Part shown: piece by piece, positions 10,596-21,943 of the stretch
Layout: every line of letters starts with the position of its first letter
Numbering within the stretch: position 1 is the stretch's first letter
Source: an uncultured Chloroflexia bacterium
Lineage (GTDB): Bacteria > Chloroflexota > Limnocylindria > Limnocylindrales > CSP1-4
DNA: 64,000 nt
NCBI GenBank assembly: GCA_963718285.1
Contig: CAVQYU010000005.1
Span: 690,552 to 754,551, forward strand
Direction: 5' to 3'
Made by a program: the position numbers and the translations under genes
Notes under the pieces: model-generated
What the model saw: only the letters and a program-made list of their open reading frames with translations
What the model was told of the DNA's origin: nothing
Database searches by the model: none

Positions 10596-12939
10596 ACGAT
10601 CGGCTGCGTTCGCTGCCCCGCCAGCCGGCCGAGGGCTGGATCAGCCTGGTCCTGGTCTTCGTCATGGCCGGCTGCCTGGCCTGGTCGATCTCCGATGCCC
10701 GCTGGGTGATCGGGCGGGGCGACCTGACCTCGTTCCTGCCGTTCGCGGCGGCCGGCGGCGTCGCCTGGGGCTTCATCTCGGCCAAGGCCGGCTGGTCGCG
10801 CTGGCAAGCTCACCTCCTGGGGGCGGTCTTCGCCGGGCTGCTCCTGCCGATCATGGTCGGCGGGGTCCTGCTCCTGGGCGACTTCACGCCCGGACCGGCC
10901 TTCGTGGCCACCGCCAGCTCGACGATCGAGGCCTACCTCGACCTGGCCTTCCGGGGCATGGCATTCACCCAGGAGTACGGCCACTTCATGCTGATCCTCG
11001 GGATCATGTGCTGGGCCAACGGCCAGTTCACGAGCTACGCCGTGTTCGGCCACCACCGCCCATTGAACGCGGTGATCATGTCCGGCATCGCCCTCGTCCT
11101 GAACATGAGCCTGACCCTCGACGAGCAGCTCGGGATCCTGATCTGGTTCAGCCTGGCGGCGCTGTTCCTGCTGGTCCGGCTGCACGCCCTCGACGAGCGC
11201 TCGACCTGGCTGCGCCATCGCCTGGGCGATGCCGGCTCGCTGTCCAACTTCTACCTTCGAGGCGGGGCGGCGTTCATCACGGTGGCCGTCGTGGGCGCCC
11301 TGATCCTGACCTCGACGGCCGCTTCGGCCCCCCTGGCGAGCCTGTGGCGCGGGGTCGACCAGCGCCTGGTCGAGCTGACCCACGGCCTCGAGGCGGTCTT
11401 CCGGGGCGGCGGCTCGGGTACCCGGATCTCGCCGGTCGACTTCCTGTCGTCGACCCGGATCACCGGCGAATGGGTGACCGATGAGACGCCGGTCCTGTCG
11501 ATCAAGGTGCCCGACGGGGGCGATTACCACTGGCGGGCGGTCGCCTACGACAACTTCGACGGCCAGGGCTGGACGATGACGAATCCCCAGAACGCCGATG
11601 TCGCGGCCGGCAAAGCGTTGGTGACCGACTCGCTCGACGACCCGGCCAGCCAGCTCGACCGGAAGTCGCTCACCTTCGAGGTCAGCGAGATCAACTACGA
11701 CCCGGCCGCGATCTTTACGCCCGACCACGCCGATCAAGGTCTCGGTGGATACCTCGGTGGGCTACCTGGGGACGTCACCCAACCGGTTCGCGGGCTTCGT
11801 CACGAAGTCCGGCGCCAACGACTACACGGTCACCGCCGAGGTGCCCGACTTCGCGACCGTCGCGGCCGGTGCCGCCGATCCCGACGGCCTGACCGCGAAC
11901 AAGCTGCGGGTTGCCGGCAACGACTATCCGGCCGCGGTCCTGGGCTACTACCTCCAGCTCGATCCGATCGTCGCGGCCAAGGGCCCCGACACGCTGGCCC
12001 TGCTGGCCTCGATCAAGGCGGCCCATCCCGATGCCAAGGAACCCGTACGACATCAGCAAGGCGATCGAGACCTACCTCAAGAGCGAGGGCGGCTTCCACT
12101 ACAAGACCGACCTGTCCAAGATCGACTGCGGTAGCGACGGGGTCGTCGAGTGCTTCGCCGCGGACGAAGATCGGCTACTGCGAGTACTACGCCAGCACGA
12201 TGGTCGTGCTCCTGCGGATGCAGGGCATCCCGGCCCGCTTCGTCGAGGGCTTCCTGCCGACCAAGCCCGACGCCAACGGCGTGGAGCTGATCTCGCAAGA
12301 GCGCCGCCCACGCCTGGGTCGAGGTCTACTTCCCGAGCTACGGCTGGATCACCTTCGATCCGACCGGCGGCGGCGTCGGCCAGGCCCAGGCGATCCTCAG
12401 CGGGCCCAAGGTCACGCCCCTGCCCACGATCAGCGCGGCGCCGGGCGGCTCGATCGACCCCGACGCCACCGACCTGCGGCGGACGCCGAACGTCGGCGAT
12501 AACACCGGCACGGCTCGGCGCAGGCTCGACGGGCGGCCCGGGCGGTGGCGGCTTCATCGTGATCGGCCTGCTCCTCGCCGCGATCATGGGCGCGCTCGTG
12601 CTCGTCGCCTGGCAGCGCGGGCCGCGCAAGCCCCAGGAGCCCGACCGGGTCTACGGCGGCGTCGTCGGCCTGGCCCGGCGCTTCGGCTTCGGCCCGCGGC
12701 CCAACCAGACGGTCTACGAATACGCCGGATCCCTGGGTGACGTCCTGCCCAGCGCCCGGCCCGACCTGCATACGGTGGCCGTGGCCAAGGTCGAGGTCGC
12801 CTACGGCCGGCGAACCCTCGAGCCGTCCCGGATCGACGCCCTGCGCCTGGCCCAGCGCCATCTTCGGATCGCCCTGCTCGGGCTCATCTTCCGGCGCTCG
12901 GAACGCAAGGCTCGCGGCCGCAACCGGCCACCCGGCTAG
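10592..12939 (+). CDS. Transglutaminase-like membrane protein (TgpA/DUF3488 + DUF4129), several frameshifts
   Basis: Multi-TM N-terminus; YHWRAVAYDNFDG; GYCEYYASTM; HAWVEVYFPSYGWITFDPT in a shifted frame; third gene of the MoxR triad. Confidence 0.88.
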
Positions 12940-13012
12940 GTCTCGGGGTCCGCGGCCAGGCGCGCGTCCCGCGGCGTTCCAGGCCCGCGTCCCGGAGCGT
13001 CGGCTGCGGCGG

Positions 13013-13201
13013 GTTCGTGACAAATTCGCGCTACAGCGGGTCTTATGGCGGTTCGGCCTGCTCGCCGACCGTCGCACAGGCCCTTTTCTGGTCGGGCTGA
13101 GCACGAATTGACCGCCCAGGCGGCCCGATTCGGGCGTCGAACCTCGGGCATCGCCGTGTGGGCGACCATAAGGATCGTTCCGGCGCGAATTTGTCACGAA
13201 C
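13013..13201. repeat. 189-bp inverted-repeat-bounded intergenic element, copy E1 (MITE-like)
   Basis: Perfect 19-bp TIR GTTCGTGACAAATTCGCGC at 13013-13031 and 13183-13201, extended by CTTATGG/CCATAAG; internal CTGAGCACGA. Confidence 0.9.
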
Positions 13202-13294
13202 GCGGCGTTCCCGGGTGGGCTACCGGCGCTCTACATCGAGCGGGCGCAATCCATGGCACGATTCGGCGGCCCGCATCGTCATTGGAGCCGCCCC

Positions 13295-14501
13295 GTGAAT
13301 TGCTTCGAGCCCAACCTCCGGATCCCCGGGCCAACGGCCCTGCCACCCGCCGTGCGCGAGGCCGGCGGACGCCAGATGATCAACCATCGCGGGCCGGAGT
13401 TCGCGGCCATGCTCGGCCGGATCCTGGCCCGGATGAAGCCGTTCTTCGGGACGACCAGCGACGTCGCGATCCTGTCCTGTGCCGGTTCGGGCGGGCTCGA
13501 GGCGGCGGTCGTCAATACCCTGTCGCCGGGCGATCGCGTCCTGGGCGTGTCGATCGGCTCGTTCGGCGATCGGATCGCCAAGATCGCCAGCGTCTACGGG
13601 GCCGACGTGACCAAGCTGTCGATCGAGTGGGGCAAGGCAGCCGAGCCGGCCGAGCTGCGCGCCGAGCTCGAGGTCCAACCCGGCTACCGGGCGGTCCTGC
13701 TGACCCACAACGAGACGTCGACCGGCGTGATGAACCCGATCGCCCAGCTGGCGGCCGTCATGCGCGAGGTCCAGCCCGAAGCGCTGATCATCGTCGACAG
13801 CGTGTCTGGCCTGGGCGCGGTGCCCTTCGAGATGGATGCCTGGGGCGTCGACGTGGTCGTGACCGGTTCTCAGAAAGCCTGGATGGCGGCACCTGGGCTG
13901 GCCATGGTCGCGGCCTCGGAGCGGGCCTGGGCGGCGATGGAGACGGCCACGATGCCGCGCTTCTACCTCGACCTGCGCAAGCATCGCGAGTCGCATGCCC
14001 TGGGCCAGACACCCTGGACCCCGGCGATTGCGGTGGTCTACCAGGTCGATGCCGGGCTCGAGCTGATGGCGGCCGAGGGTGCCGAGGCGATCTTCGCCCG
14101 GCACGAGACCTGCGCCGCCGCCACGCGGGCCGGGCTGGCCGCGCTCGGCTTTCGAGCTGTTCGCCGATCCGGCTCACTATTCGCGGACGGTCACGGCCGC
14201 CCGGGTGCCGGAGGGCTTCGACTGGAAGGCGATCAACGCCGCGGTCAAGGCCGAGGGCGTCGTCCTGGCGGGCGGCCAGGGACCGCTGACCGGCCAGATC
14301 TTCCGCCTCGGCCACCTCGGCTCGGTCACCCTGGGCGAGATCCTCGATGCGATCGGGGTGCTCGAGGAGGTCTCGATCCGCTTCGAGCGAGCTGTCCTGC
14401 CGGGGGCGGGCATTGCCGCCGCCCAGGCGGCGGCGCTGGAGCGGATGGGGATCGGGCCGGCGGCCAGCTCGCGCGCCGTGCCAGCCGGCGCGGCGGGGTG
14501 A
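13295..14501 (+). CDS. Class V PLP aminotransferase (alanine-glyoxylate/serine-pyruvate type; probable phosphoserine aminotransferase), frameshift at about 14155
   Basis: RIPGPT, THNETSTGV, IVDSVS, GSQKAW (PLP lysine), FRLGHLG; directly upstream of serA. Confidence 0.88.
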
Positions 14502-16101
14502 GGATCCTGGTCGCCGAGAAGGTCGCCCCCGAGGGCCTCGGCGCTGCTCCGGGAGCGGCACGAGGTCGGAAGAGCGGATCGGGCTCGGGCCCGACGAATA
14601 CCGGGGATCCTGTTGCCCGACTATGACGGCCTGATCGTGCGCAGCCAGGTCCAGGTGGATGCCGGCCTGATCGAGGCGGGGCGGCGCCTGGTGGTGATCG
14701 GCCGGGCCGGCGTGGGCGTCGACAACGTCGACCTTGAGGCAGCCACCCGGGCCGGCATCACCGTCGTCAACGCGCCCGACCGGCAATACGATCGCTGCGG
14801 CCGAGCACACCCTGGCGCTCCTGTACGTGCTGGCCCGGCGGGTCGCCGCGGCCGACGCATCGGTCCGGCGGGGCGAATGGAAGCGGAGCGAGTTCAGTCG
14901 GGGTCGAGCTGCGTGGGCGCACGCTCGGGATCATCGGCCTGGGCAAGATCGGCCAGGCGATCGCGCAGCGAGCGCAGGGCCATGGAGATGACGGTGATCG
15001 CGGTCGATCCGTTCGTGTCGGCCGAGGCAGCCGCGCTGCAGGGAGTCGACCTGGTCGACCTCGACGCCCTCCTCAGCCGCTCCGATGCGATCACCGTCCA
15101 CGTGCCGCTGACCCGCCAGACGCGGGGCCTGATCGGCGCCGCCCAGATCGCCCGGATGAAGCCTGGCTCGTTCGTGCTGAACGTCGCCCGAGGCGGAATC
15201 CTCGATGAGGCTGGCCGTCGCCGAGGCGCTCCGCTCCGGGCATCTCGGCGGCGCCGGGATCGACGTGTTCGAAGCGGAGCCGCCAGTCGGCTCGCCCCTC
15301 CTGGACGCGCCGCGGACCGTGCTCACCCCGCATCTCGGCGCATCGACCGAGGAAGCCCAGGTCCTGGTCGCGGAGGAGGTCGCCGCCCAGGTCCTCGACG
15401 TCCTCGAAGGCCGCTCGGCGCGTTACGCGGTCAACGCCCCGCTGCTGACCCCGGAAACGGCCCTGGCCGTGGGCCCGTTCCTGCCCCTGGCCGAGATCCT
15501 GGGCCGGTTCGTCAGCCAGTTCAGCCGGACCGGGATCCGCCGGCTCAGCCTGGAGATCGGCGGCGAGCTGGCCCGCGACCTGGCCGGCCAGGATGGCGCA
15601 CCGCTGACCGCGGCGGTCCTGCGCGGATTGCTCGAGGGATCGACGACCGAGCGGGTCAACCTGGTCAACGCGTTCGCCCTGGCCAAGGCCCGGGGCATTG
15701 CCATCGTCGAACGCAAGACGCCCGATGCCGAGGCGTACAGCTCGCTGCTCAGCCTGACCGCCGAGGGCGACGGGGTAACCACGACGATTGCCGGGACGGT
15801 CGCCAACGGCGAGCCCCGGCTGACCCGCCTGGGCGAGCATCGCACTGATCTGACCCTCAGCCCGGTGATGCTGGTCACCCGCCACCACGACCAACCCGGG
15901 ACCATGGGCCGGATCGGGTCGATCCTGGGCCAGGCCGACGTGAACATCAGCGCGATGCATCTGGCCCGGTCCGAGCCGCGCGCCGATGCGCTGATGATCC
16001 TGGCCCTCGACGACGACGTCCCGGCGCCGGTCGCCGAGGCGATCCGGGCCGATGCCGCCGTCCTCGACCTGTGGCTGATCCACCTCGGCAGCGAACCTTG
16101 A
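14498..16101 (+). CDS. serA: D-3-phosphoglycerate dehydrogenase (multiple frameshifts)
   Basis: GRAGVGVDNVD, GNTIAAAEH, IIGLGKIG, NVARGG, LTPHLGAST; C-terminal ASB and ACT domains (DQPGTMGRIGSILG). Confidence 0.92.
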
Positions 16102-16918
16102 GCGGGCGCCTGGTCCCGGCCGGGCTGCACGCCACGATCGTCCTCCTCCGCCACGGTGAGTCGGTGGCGATCACGGAAGGCCGGTTCCAGGGTCGCCTGG
16201 ACACCCCGCTCAGCCCGCTCGGCGAGCGCCAGGCCGAGCTCGCCGGGGATCGCCTGGCCCATCCCGGCCGGCCGCCCCAGATCGCGGTCCCGACGACGGC
16301 CCCGGTCGAGATCGCCCACTCGCCACTCGCCCGGACCGCGGCCACGGCTGCTGCCGCCGAGGCCGCCCTGCGCGCGACCTACGGCTCGGCGACTCCCGCG
16401 CTGCGCCCCGAGCCCGGCCTGTACGAAATCGGCCAGGGAGCGTGGGACGGGCTCGAGCGGTCGGAAGTCGAGGCTCGCTTCGGGCCCGAGCTCGAGGCCT
16501 GGCGGCGAGCGCCCCACCTCAACAACGCACCGGGGGGCGAAAGCCTCGTCGAGGCCGACCGGCGCGTTCGAGTCGCGTTGCCGGCAATGCTCGACCGGCT
16601 CGCCCTGGCCAGCCCGCCGATCAACGCCGCGATCACCTCGGCTTCGGGTTACCCGCCGCCGATGTCCAGCCCGGCCTGGTCGCTCCTGGTCGGCCACGAC
16701 GGCGTGTTCAAGCTCGTCACTCTGGCCCTCCTCGACCTGCCCCTCGAGCGATTCTGGACCATCGCCTTTGGTCTGACCGGGATCACGATCCTGGCGATCC
16801 ACGACGGCCAGGTCGTGTGCGCGCCCACAACCTGCTCGATCACCTGGGCCCGCTCCAGGCCAGCCGCGGCAGCGGCCGATGCCGGCTCTCCGCGGGAGGG
16901 CAGCGGCCCGCGCTGTAA
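16098..16918 (+). CDS. Histidine phosphatase family protein (probable PspA-type phosphoserine phosphatase), frameshift at about 16815
   Basis: LLRHGES, SPLAR, EIGQGAWDG, GGES, VGHDG; TTGA overlap with serA. Confidence 0.8.
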
Positions 16919-16996
16919 GCTGCCGGCGCCCTCTCGGCCCGTCGGCCGCGGGCCGCCCGCGCCCTCCTGTCCGTCGACCTCGTCCGCCCGCCCGCA

Positions 16997-17184
16997 GTTC
17001 GTGACAAATTCGCGCCCAGCGATGCTAATGGCCGGTCGACGGTGCGACTCGAGGCTCGAATGGCTTGGCCGCCGCATTCGGCCTTCGCGTCGTGCTCAGG
17101 TAGCCTCGAGTCCGAGAACTCAGGGCAAGCCGACGATCCGGAGCGGCGAATATAAGACCGCTCTGGCGCGAATTTGTCACGAAC
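16997..17184. repeat. 188-bp inverted-repeat-bounded element, copy E2 (inverted relative to E1)
   Basis: Same 19-bp TIR at 16997-17015 and 17166-17184; internal TCGTGCTCAG is the reverse complement of the E1 motif. Confidence 0.9.
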
Positions 17185-18745
17185 GCCCGCCGTTGACCCC
17201 GGTGCCAGGGCCAGCCCGCTAGCTGCCGCTCGGCGTCGCGCTTCTTCTCGGTGTCGGCCAGCTTCTTCCGATTCGCCTCGCGGGTGCGCATGATCGAGGC
17301 GCCCGCCTTCATCGAGTCGACCGCCGGGCCCGGGCTGGGCGACCCGCTTCTGCCGGCCGGCCAGCCGGGCGGCCTGGCGCGCCTCGGCCCGGGCCGCCAT
17401 CCGGCGCCGATCGTGGCTTCGTAGCCCTGGTCGTCGGGCTGGTAGTAGTGGCGATCGGCCAGCTCCTCGGGCAGGTACAGCTGGTCGATGTCGGAGCCTT
17501 CGAATTCGGGCGGAAAACGATAGCCCACGCCGTGGCCGTAGTGCTTCATGGCGGGGTGGCCGGCGCTCCGAAGGTGGAGCGGGACGGGCAGGGCGCCGTG
17601 CTCGTCGAGGTCGGCCACCGCCGCGAAGTAGGCCGCCCCGGAGCGATTCGACTTGGGTGCGCTGGCGATGTAGGTCGTCGCCTGGGCCAGCGCGTACTGG
17701 GCCTCGGGCAGGCCGACGTGGTCGAGCGCCTGGGCCGCCGCGACGGCGACCTGGAGGGCCCGCGGATCGGCGTTGCCGACATCCTCGGAGGCGCTGATGA
17801 TCAGGCGCCGGACGATGAACCGGGGGTCCTCGCCGGCCGCGATCATCGTGGCCAGCCAGTACAGGGCGCCGTCCGGGTCATTGCCGCGCAGGCTCTTGAT
17901 GAACGCCGAGGCCGTGTCGTAGTGGCCGTCGCCAGCCCGGTCGTAGGCCAGGACCCGCTGCTGGGCGGCCGTCTCGACGTCGACCAGCCGCGGGCGTGAC
18001 CCGGCCGCTCGGGTCGCGCACGCCGGCGGAATCGGCCAGGGCCGTTGCCCCCTCGAGGACGTTGAGCGCCTGGCGGGCGTCGCCGCCGGCCAGCGCCGAC
18101 GAGGTGCTCGAAGGCATCGTCGGGCAGGGCCACCCCGCCGGCCGGACCGAGCGGCCCGGCCAGGCCGCGCTCGGGATCGTCGAGGGCCCGCTGGACGACG
18201 ATCCGGACGTCGTCGTCGGAGAGCGGCTCGAGGCGCCAGATCCGGAGCCGCGACAGCAGGGCGCTGTTCAGCTCGAAGTACGGGTTCTCGGTGGTCGCCC
18301 CGATCAGGATCACCGTGCCGTCCTCGACGTGGGGCAGCAGGCCGTCCTGCTGGGACTTGTTGAAGCGGTGGATCTCGTCGATGAACAGGACGGTCCGGGC
18401 GCCGTCGAGGCTGAGCCGCTCGCGGGCGGCGGCGACCGTCGAGCGGATGTCGGCGACGCCGCTCATCACCGCCGAGAGGCTCATGAACTCGGCGCCGACT
18501 GCCTCGGCCAGGAGCCGGGCCAGGCTGGTCTTGCCGGTCCCGGGCGGGCCCCACAGCAGGATCGAGCCGAGGTAGCCGCGCTCGACCGAACGTCGCAGCG
18601 GGCCCGTGCTCTCCAACCAGGTGCTCCTGGCCGACGTACTCGGCCAGGGTCGCGCGGTCGCATCCGGGCAGCCAGCGGCTGGACGCCGGGCGGCGGCTGG
18701 AAGAGGGCGGTCTGCTGGTCGGGAGCTGGGTCTGCGGGTCGGCAC
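17025..18745 (-). CDS. rarA: Replication-associated recombination protein A (frameshifted; true 3' end uncertain, possibly near 17200)
   Basis: [74 protein letters not shown]. Confidence 0.92.
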
Positions 18746-18773
18746 CCGGTCAGTCTACGACCGGCCGGGCTTG

Positions 18774-20654
18774 CTAGGCGACGCTGCTCTCGAGGCCCAT
18801 GCCCGGCGTCCAGATCCGGCGCAGCGGCCGGCCGTCGCCCGGCAGTGGCGCGTTCTCGGCCGTCTCGATGCCCTGGACGAAGGCGGTCACGAGGGTCGGA
18901 TCGAGCTGCGTCCCGGCGGCATCCTCGAGCCGGTGGAGCGCTTCCTGGATCGACATCGCCACGCGATACGGCCGGGTCGTGGTCATCGCGCTGAAGGCGT
19001 CGCCGACGGCCAGGATCCGGGCGATCAGGGGGATCTCCTCGCCCGACAGCCGGTCGAGGTAGCCGCTGCCCGTCCCAGCGCTCGTGGTGGTGGCGTACGC
19101 CGGCCCGGACGAGGCCCACGTTGGGCACGATCCGGACGATCGAGTCGCCCAGGGCGACGTGCTGCTTGACGATTGCGTACTCGTCCTCGGTCAGCGGACC
19201 CGGCTTGCGCAGGATCCCGTCGGGGATCCCGATCTTGCCCACGTCGTGGAGCAGGCCGGCGATCTCGATCGTCCGGCGCAGCTCGACGTCGAGGCCCATG
19301 CGGTCGGCCAGGAACAGTCCGTAGCGGGCGACATCCTCGGAGTGGCGCTTGGTGTAGCGATCCTTGGTATCGACGGCCAGGACCAGGCCGGCCAGGACGT
19401 CGAAGCTCGAGCGTTCGGCCGGGCCGAGGTCGCTGGGCGCGGCATCGGCGACCCGGACCCCGTTGCCGCCGCTGGCCTTGGCCTCGCCGAGGACGACCGC
19501 GGCCACCGCCAGCAGCTCGGTCGCGGCATCGCCGTCGGCGGGCGCGTAGCAGATTCCGGCACTGACCGTGACCGGCAGCCGCTCGGAGGCCCCGAACTGG
19601 AGGCTGAGCTCGGCGATCCGGTCGCGCAGCCGGTCGATCGCGCGTGACGAGGTCGGCGCTGTGGTCGGGCGGGGCCACGACCAGGAACTCATCGGGCCCG
19701 TAGCGGCCCAGGATCGACGTCTCGTCGAACTCGGCGCGCATGCAGCCGGGCGACCTCGAGGAGGGCCCGATCGCCGGCCTGGTGGCCGTGGGTATCGTTG
19801 ACCAGCCGGAAGTTGTCGATGTCGATCAGGGCGACCCCGATCGAGCCATCGGCTGGCCGCGGGTCTGCTCGAGCAGGTCGGCCAGCCGGGCGACCGCCGT
19901 GCCATGGTTGAGCAGGCCGGTCAGCGCGTCGCGCCGGCCGGCATCGACAAGGGCCCGGGTCTGGCGGGTCAGCCGGCGCTGGGTGGCCTGGAAGATGAAG
20001 TACAGCAGCAGGCCCAGGACGAGCGCCGCGGCCAGGACGACCACGAGGCGACCTCGCGGGTCGTGTTGGCGACCGTGTCCAGGATCGGCTGGGCGTTGCG
20101 GTAGATCTCGAACACGGCCGGGAACGGTGCCGTTCGGGACCGGGGATCGGGACGTACTCCTCGAGCAGCTGGCCGTCGGGCGGGAAGCCCGCGGTCGCCG
20201 CGTCGGGGTCGTCGGCGCCGACGATCGAGGGCGCCACCTGGCCCGTGTCGAAGGCGGCCTCGAGGTCGTCGTCCGGGCCGAGGTTCTTGCCGCGCAGGTC
20301 GGTCCGGTTGCTGTACAGGACGGTCTGGTCGGGGCGCGAAGATCTTGACGTGGACGATGCCGTCGGTCTGGATCAGCGAGGTCAGCCGCTGCCTCGATCT
20401 GGGCGACCCGGCCGTCCGGATACGCCGGTCGATCGTCAGGTCTGCGGCCTGCAGGTCGGACTGGAACAGGCCGATGGCCAGCGACTTGTCGGCCGCCGAC
20501 GGACGCGCTGAGATCGCGGCGTCCTGGACGTTTCCGGCTGACCACGCCGGCAAGGGCGACGCCGGTCGCAGCAACCAGGACGAGGCTTGCGCCAAGGACG
20601 CCCAGCAGGAGCCGTGAGCGGCGAATCGGACCGCTCGGACAGGATGCTCGACAA
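18774..20654 (-). CDS. Membrane-bound GGDEF + HD-GYP c-di-GMP signalling protein (many frameshifts)
   Basis: TM helices; RRDALTGLLNH, DIDNFRLVNDTHGHQAGD, RYGPDEF, KDRYTKRHS, LLHDVGKIG, HHERWDG-GYL. Confidence 0.85.
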
Positions 20655-20768
20655 GGAGGGCGCTCGCGCTACGGGATTCCCGAAGTCCCGACCGTAGGTG
20701 GCCCTGAATGGGCCTGTCGATAGGCCGTTCGGGGGATACAGGGGCCATCCGGCCCTGGCCGCGCCCGC

Positions 20769-21188
20769 TCAGTGGCCGGCGCGCCGACGACCTCGAGCAG
20801 GACGAACAGGACGATCAGGATGACGAACATCGAGCCGCCGATCAGGGCGATCCGGCGGACATCCCGGGCGACGTAGCGATACTCCTCGGCGGCCTCCGCG
20901 GCGAGCCGGCCGCGTGCCCATCGGCGGCTCCGGGCGCGCGCGGCGCCTCGCGCCGGTGGCTTCGGCCGCGACGCGTGCGTCCGCCGGCCGGCGCTGCCTG
21001 CCCGGCCGCGCTCGCCGGCCACGATCGCGGCCTCCGAGCTCGGCGGCGCGGGCCGAACTCGGCGTCCGACAGGGCGCCGGCGGGCGCGACCACCGGCGCG
21101 GCTGGCTGCCGGCCGGCCGGGCTGACCGCTGGATCGGTGGGCGCTGGCCCGGCCGAGTCGTCCCGCGCGCACGCTTGGCCATCAGCAT
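20769..21188 (-). CDS. Small Arg/Pro-rich protein with C-terminal TM helix (frameshifted)
   Basis: MAKRARGTTRPG...AEEYRYVARDVRRIALIGGSMFVILIVLFVLLE; TATCCT -10 upstream. Confidence 0.6.
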   Translation of the reverse strand: MLMAKRARGTTRPGQRPPIQRSARPAGSQPRRWSRPPAPCRTPSSARAAELGGRDRGRRARPGRQRRPADARVAAEATGARRRARPEPPMGTRPARRGGRRGVSLRRPGCPPDRPDRRLDVRHPDRPVRPARGRRRAGH

Positions 21189-21268
21189 CCGTTGGTTCCT
21201 CCGCGTCGGATTCGGCGGCGGTCCGCCGACGGCAGAGGATAGCACCCGGCCCTGCTAGACTCGGCGGC

Positions 21269-21811
21269 GTGCCCGATTCCGCGACGCTGACGCTCGCCCT
21301 GGTCGTCGCCCTGCTGCGTCTGCCTGGTCGCGCCTGGCGGTCCTCTGGCGGCGGGTCGCGGCCTCCGCGGCCGCCTCGACCGGATCACCCGGGGCGAGGA
21401 CGGCGCAGAGCCTCCAGGGCGTCCTCGAGACCCACCTCGGCCGGGTCGTCGACGGCCCAGGCGGATCTGGTCGATCTCGGCCGCCGCACCGAGCGCCTGG
21501 AGGTCGAAGGGCGCCGGGCCTTCCAGCGGATCGGCCTTGTCCGGTTCAACCCGTTCGAGGATACCGGCGGAAATCAGAGCTTCGCCCTGGCGCTGCTCGA
21601 TGCGGAGGAGGACGGGATCGTGCATCTCGAGCCTCCATTCCCGAGGCAATACCCGGATCTATGCCAAGGCGGTGGCCGCGGGCCGGCCCGAGGCGGCCCT
21701 GTCCGACGAGGAGACCGAGGCACTCGGCCTGGCCCGCGACGCGACGGGCGGTCGAGGTGGCGATCCGTGGCCGTGCTGCGCGCGCCGGCTGCTGCCCAGC
21801 CGAGCCGGTGA
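21269..21811 (+). CDS. DUF4446 family protein (frameshifted)
   Basis: IGLVRFNPFEDTGGNQSFALALLD...SSLHSRGNTRIYAK...LSDEE signature; leaderless TAGACT box. Confidence 0.85.
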   Translation: MPDSATLTLALVVALLRLPGRAWRSSGGGSRPPRPPRPDHPGRGRRRASRASSRPTSAGSSTAQADLVDLGRRTERLEVEGRRAFQRIGLVRFNPFEDTGGNQSFALALLDAEEDGIVHLEPPFPRQYPDLCQGGGRGPARGGPVRRGDRGTRPGPRRDGRSRWRSVAVLRAPAAAQPSR

Positions 21812-21943
21812 CGCCAGAGCTGTCACGACGGACGGCCATTCTGCGGGCATGCCCCCTTCAGTCCTGACCCAGCCAAACCCGATCAACCCGCCCGGCCACT
21901 CGGCAGGACGAGCCACCGGCGTCGGCTCCGGCCCCTGGAGCAG

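Noticed and set aside
13013-13201. E1/E2 termini as inward-facing sigma70 promoters or simple terminators
   Set aside because: The GTGACA/TTGCCA boxes lack a properly spaced TANNNT at most ends, and the arms are about 150 bp apart with no U-tract.
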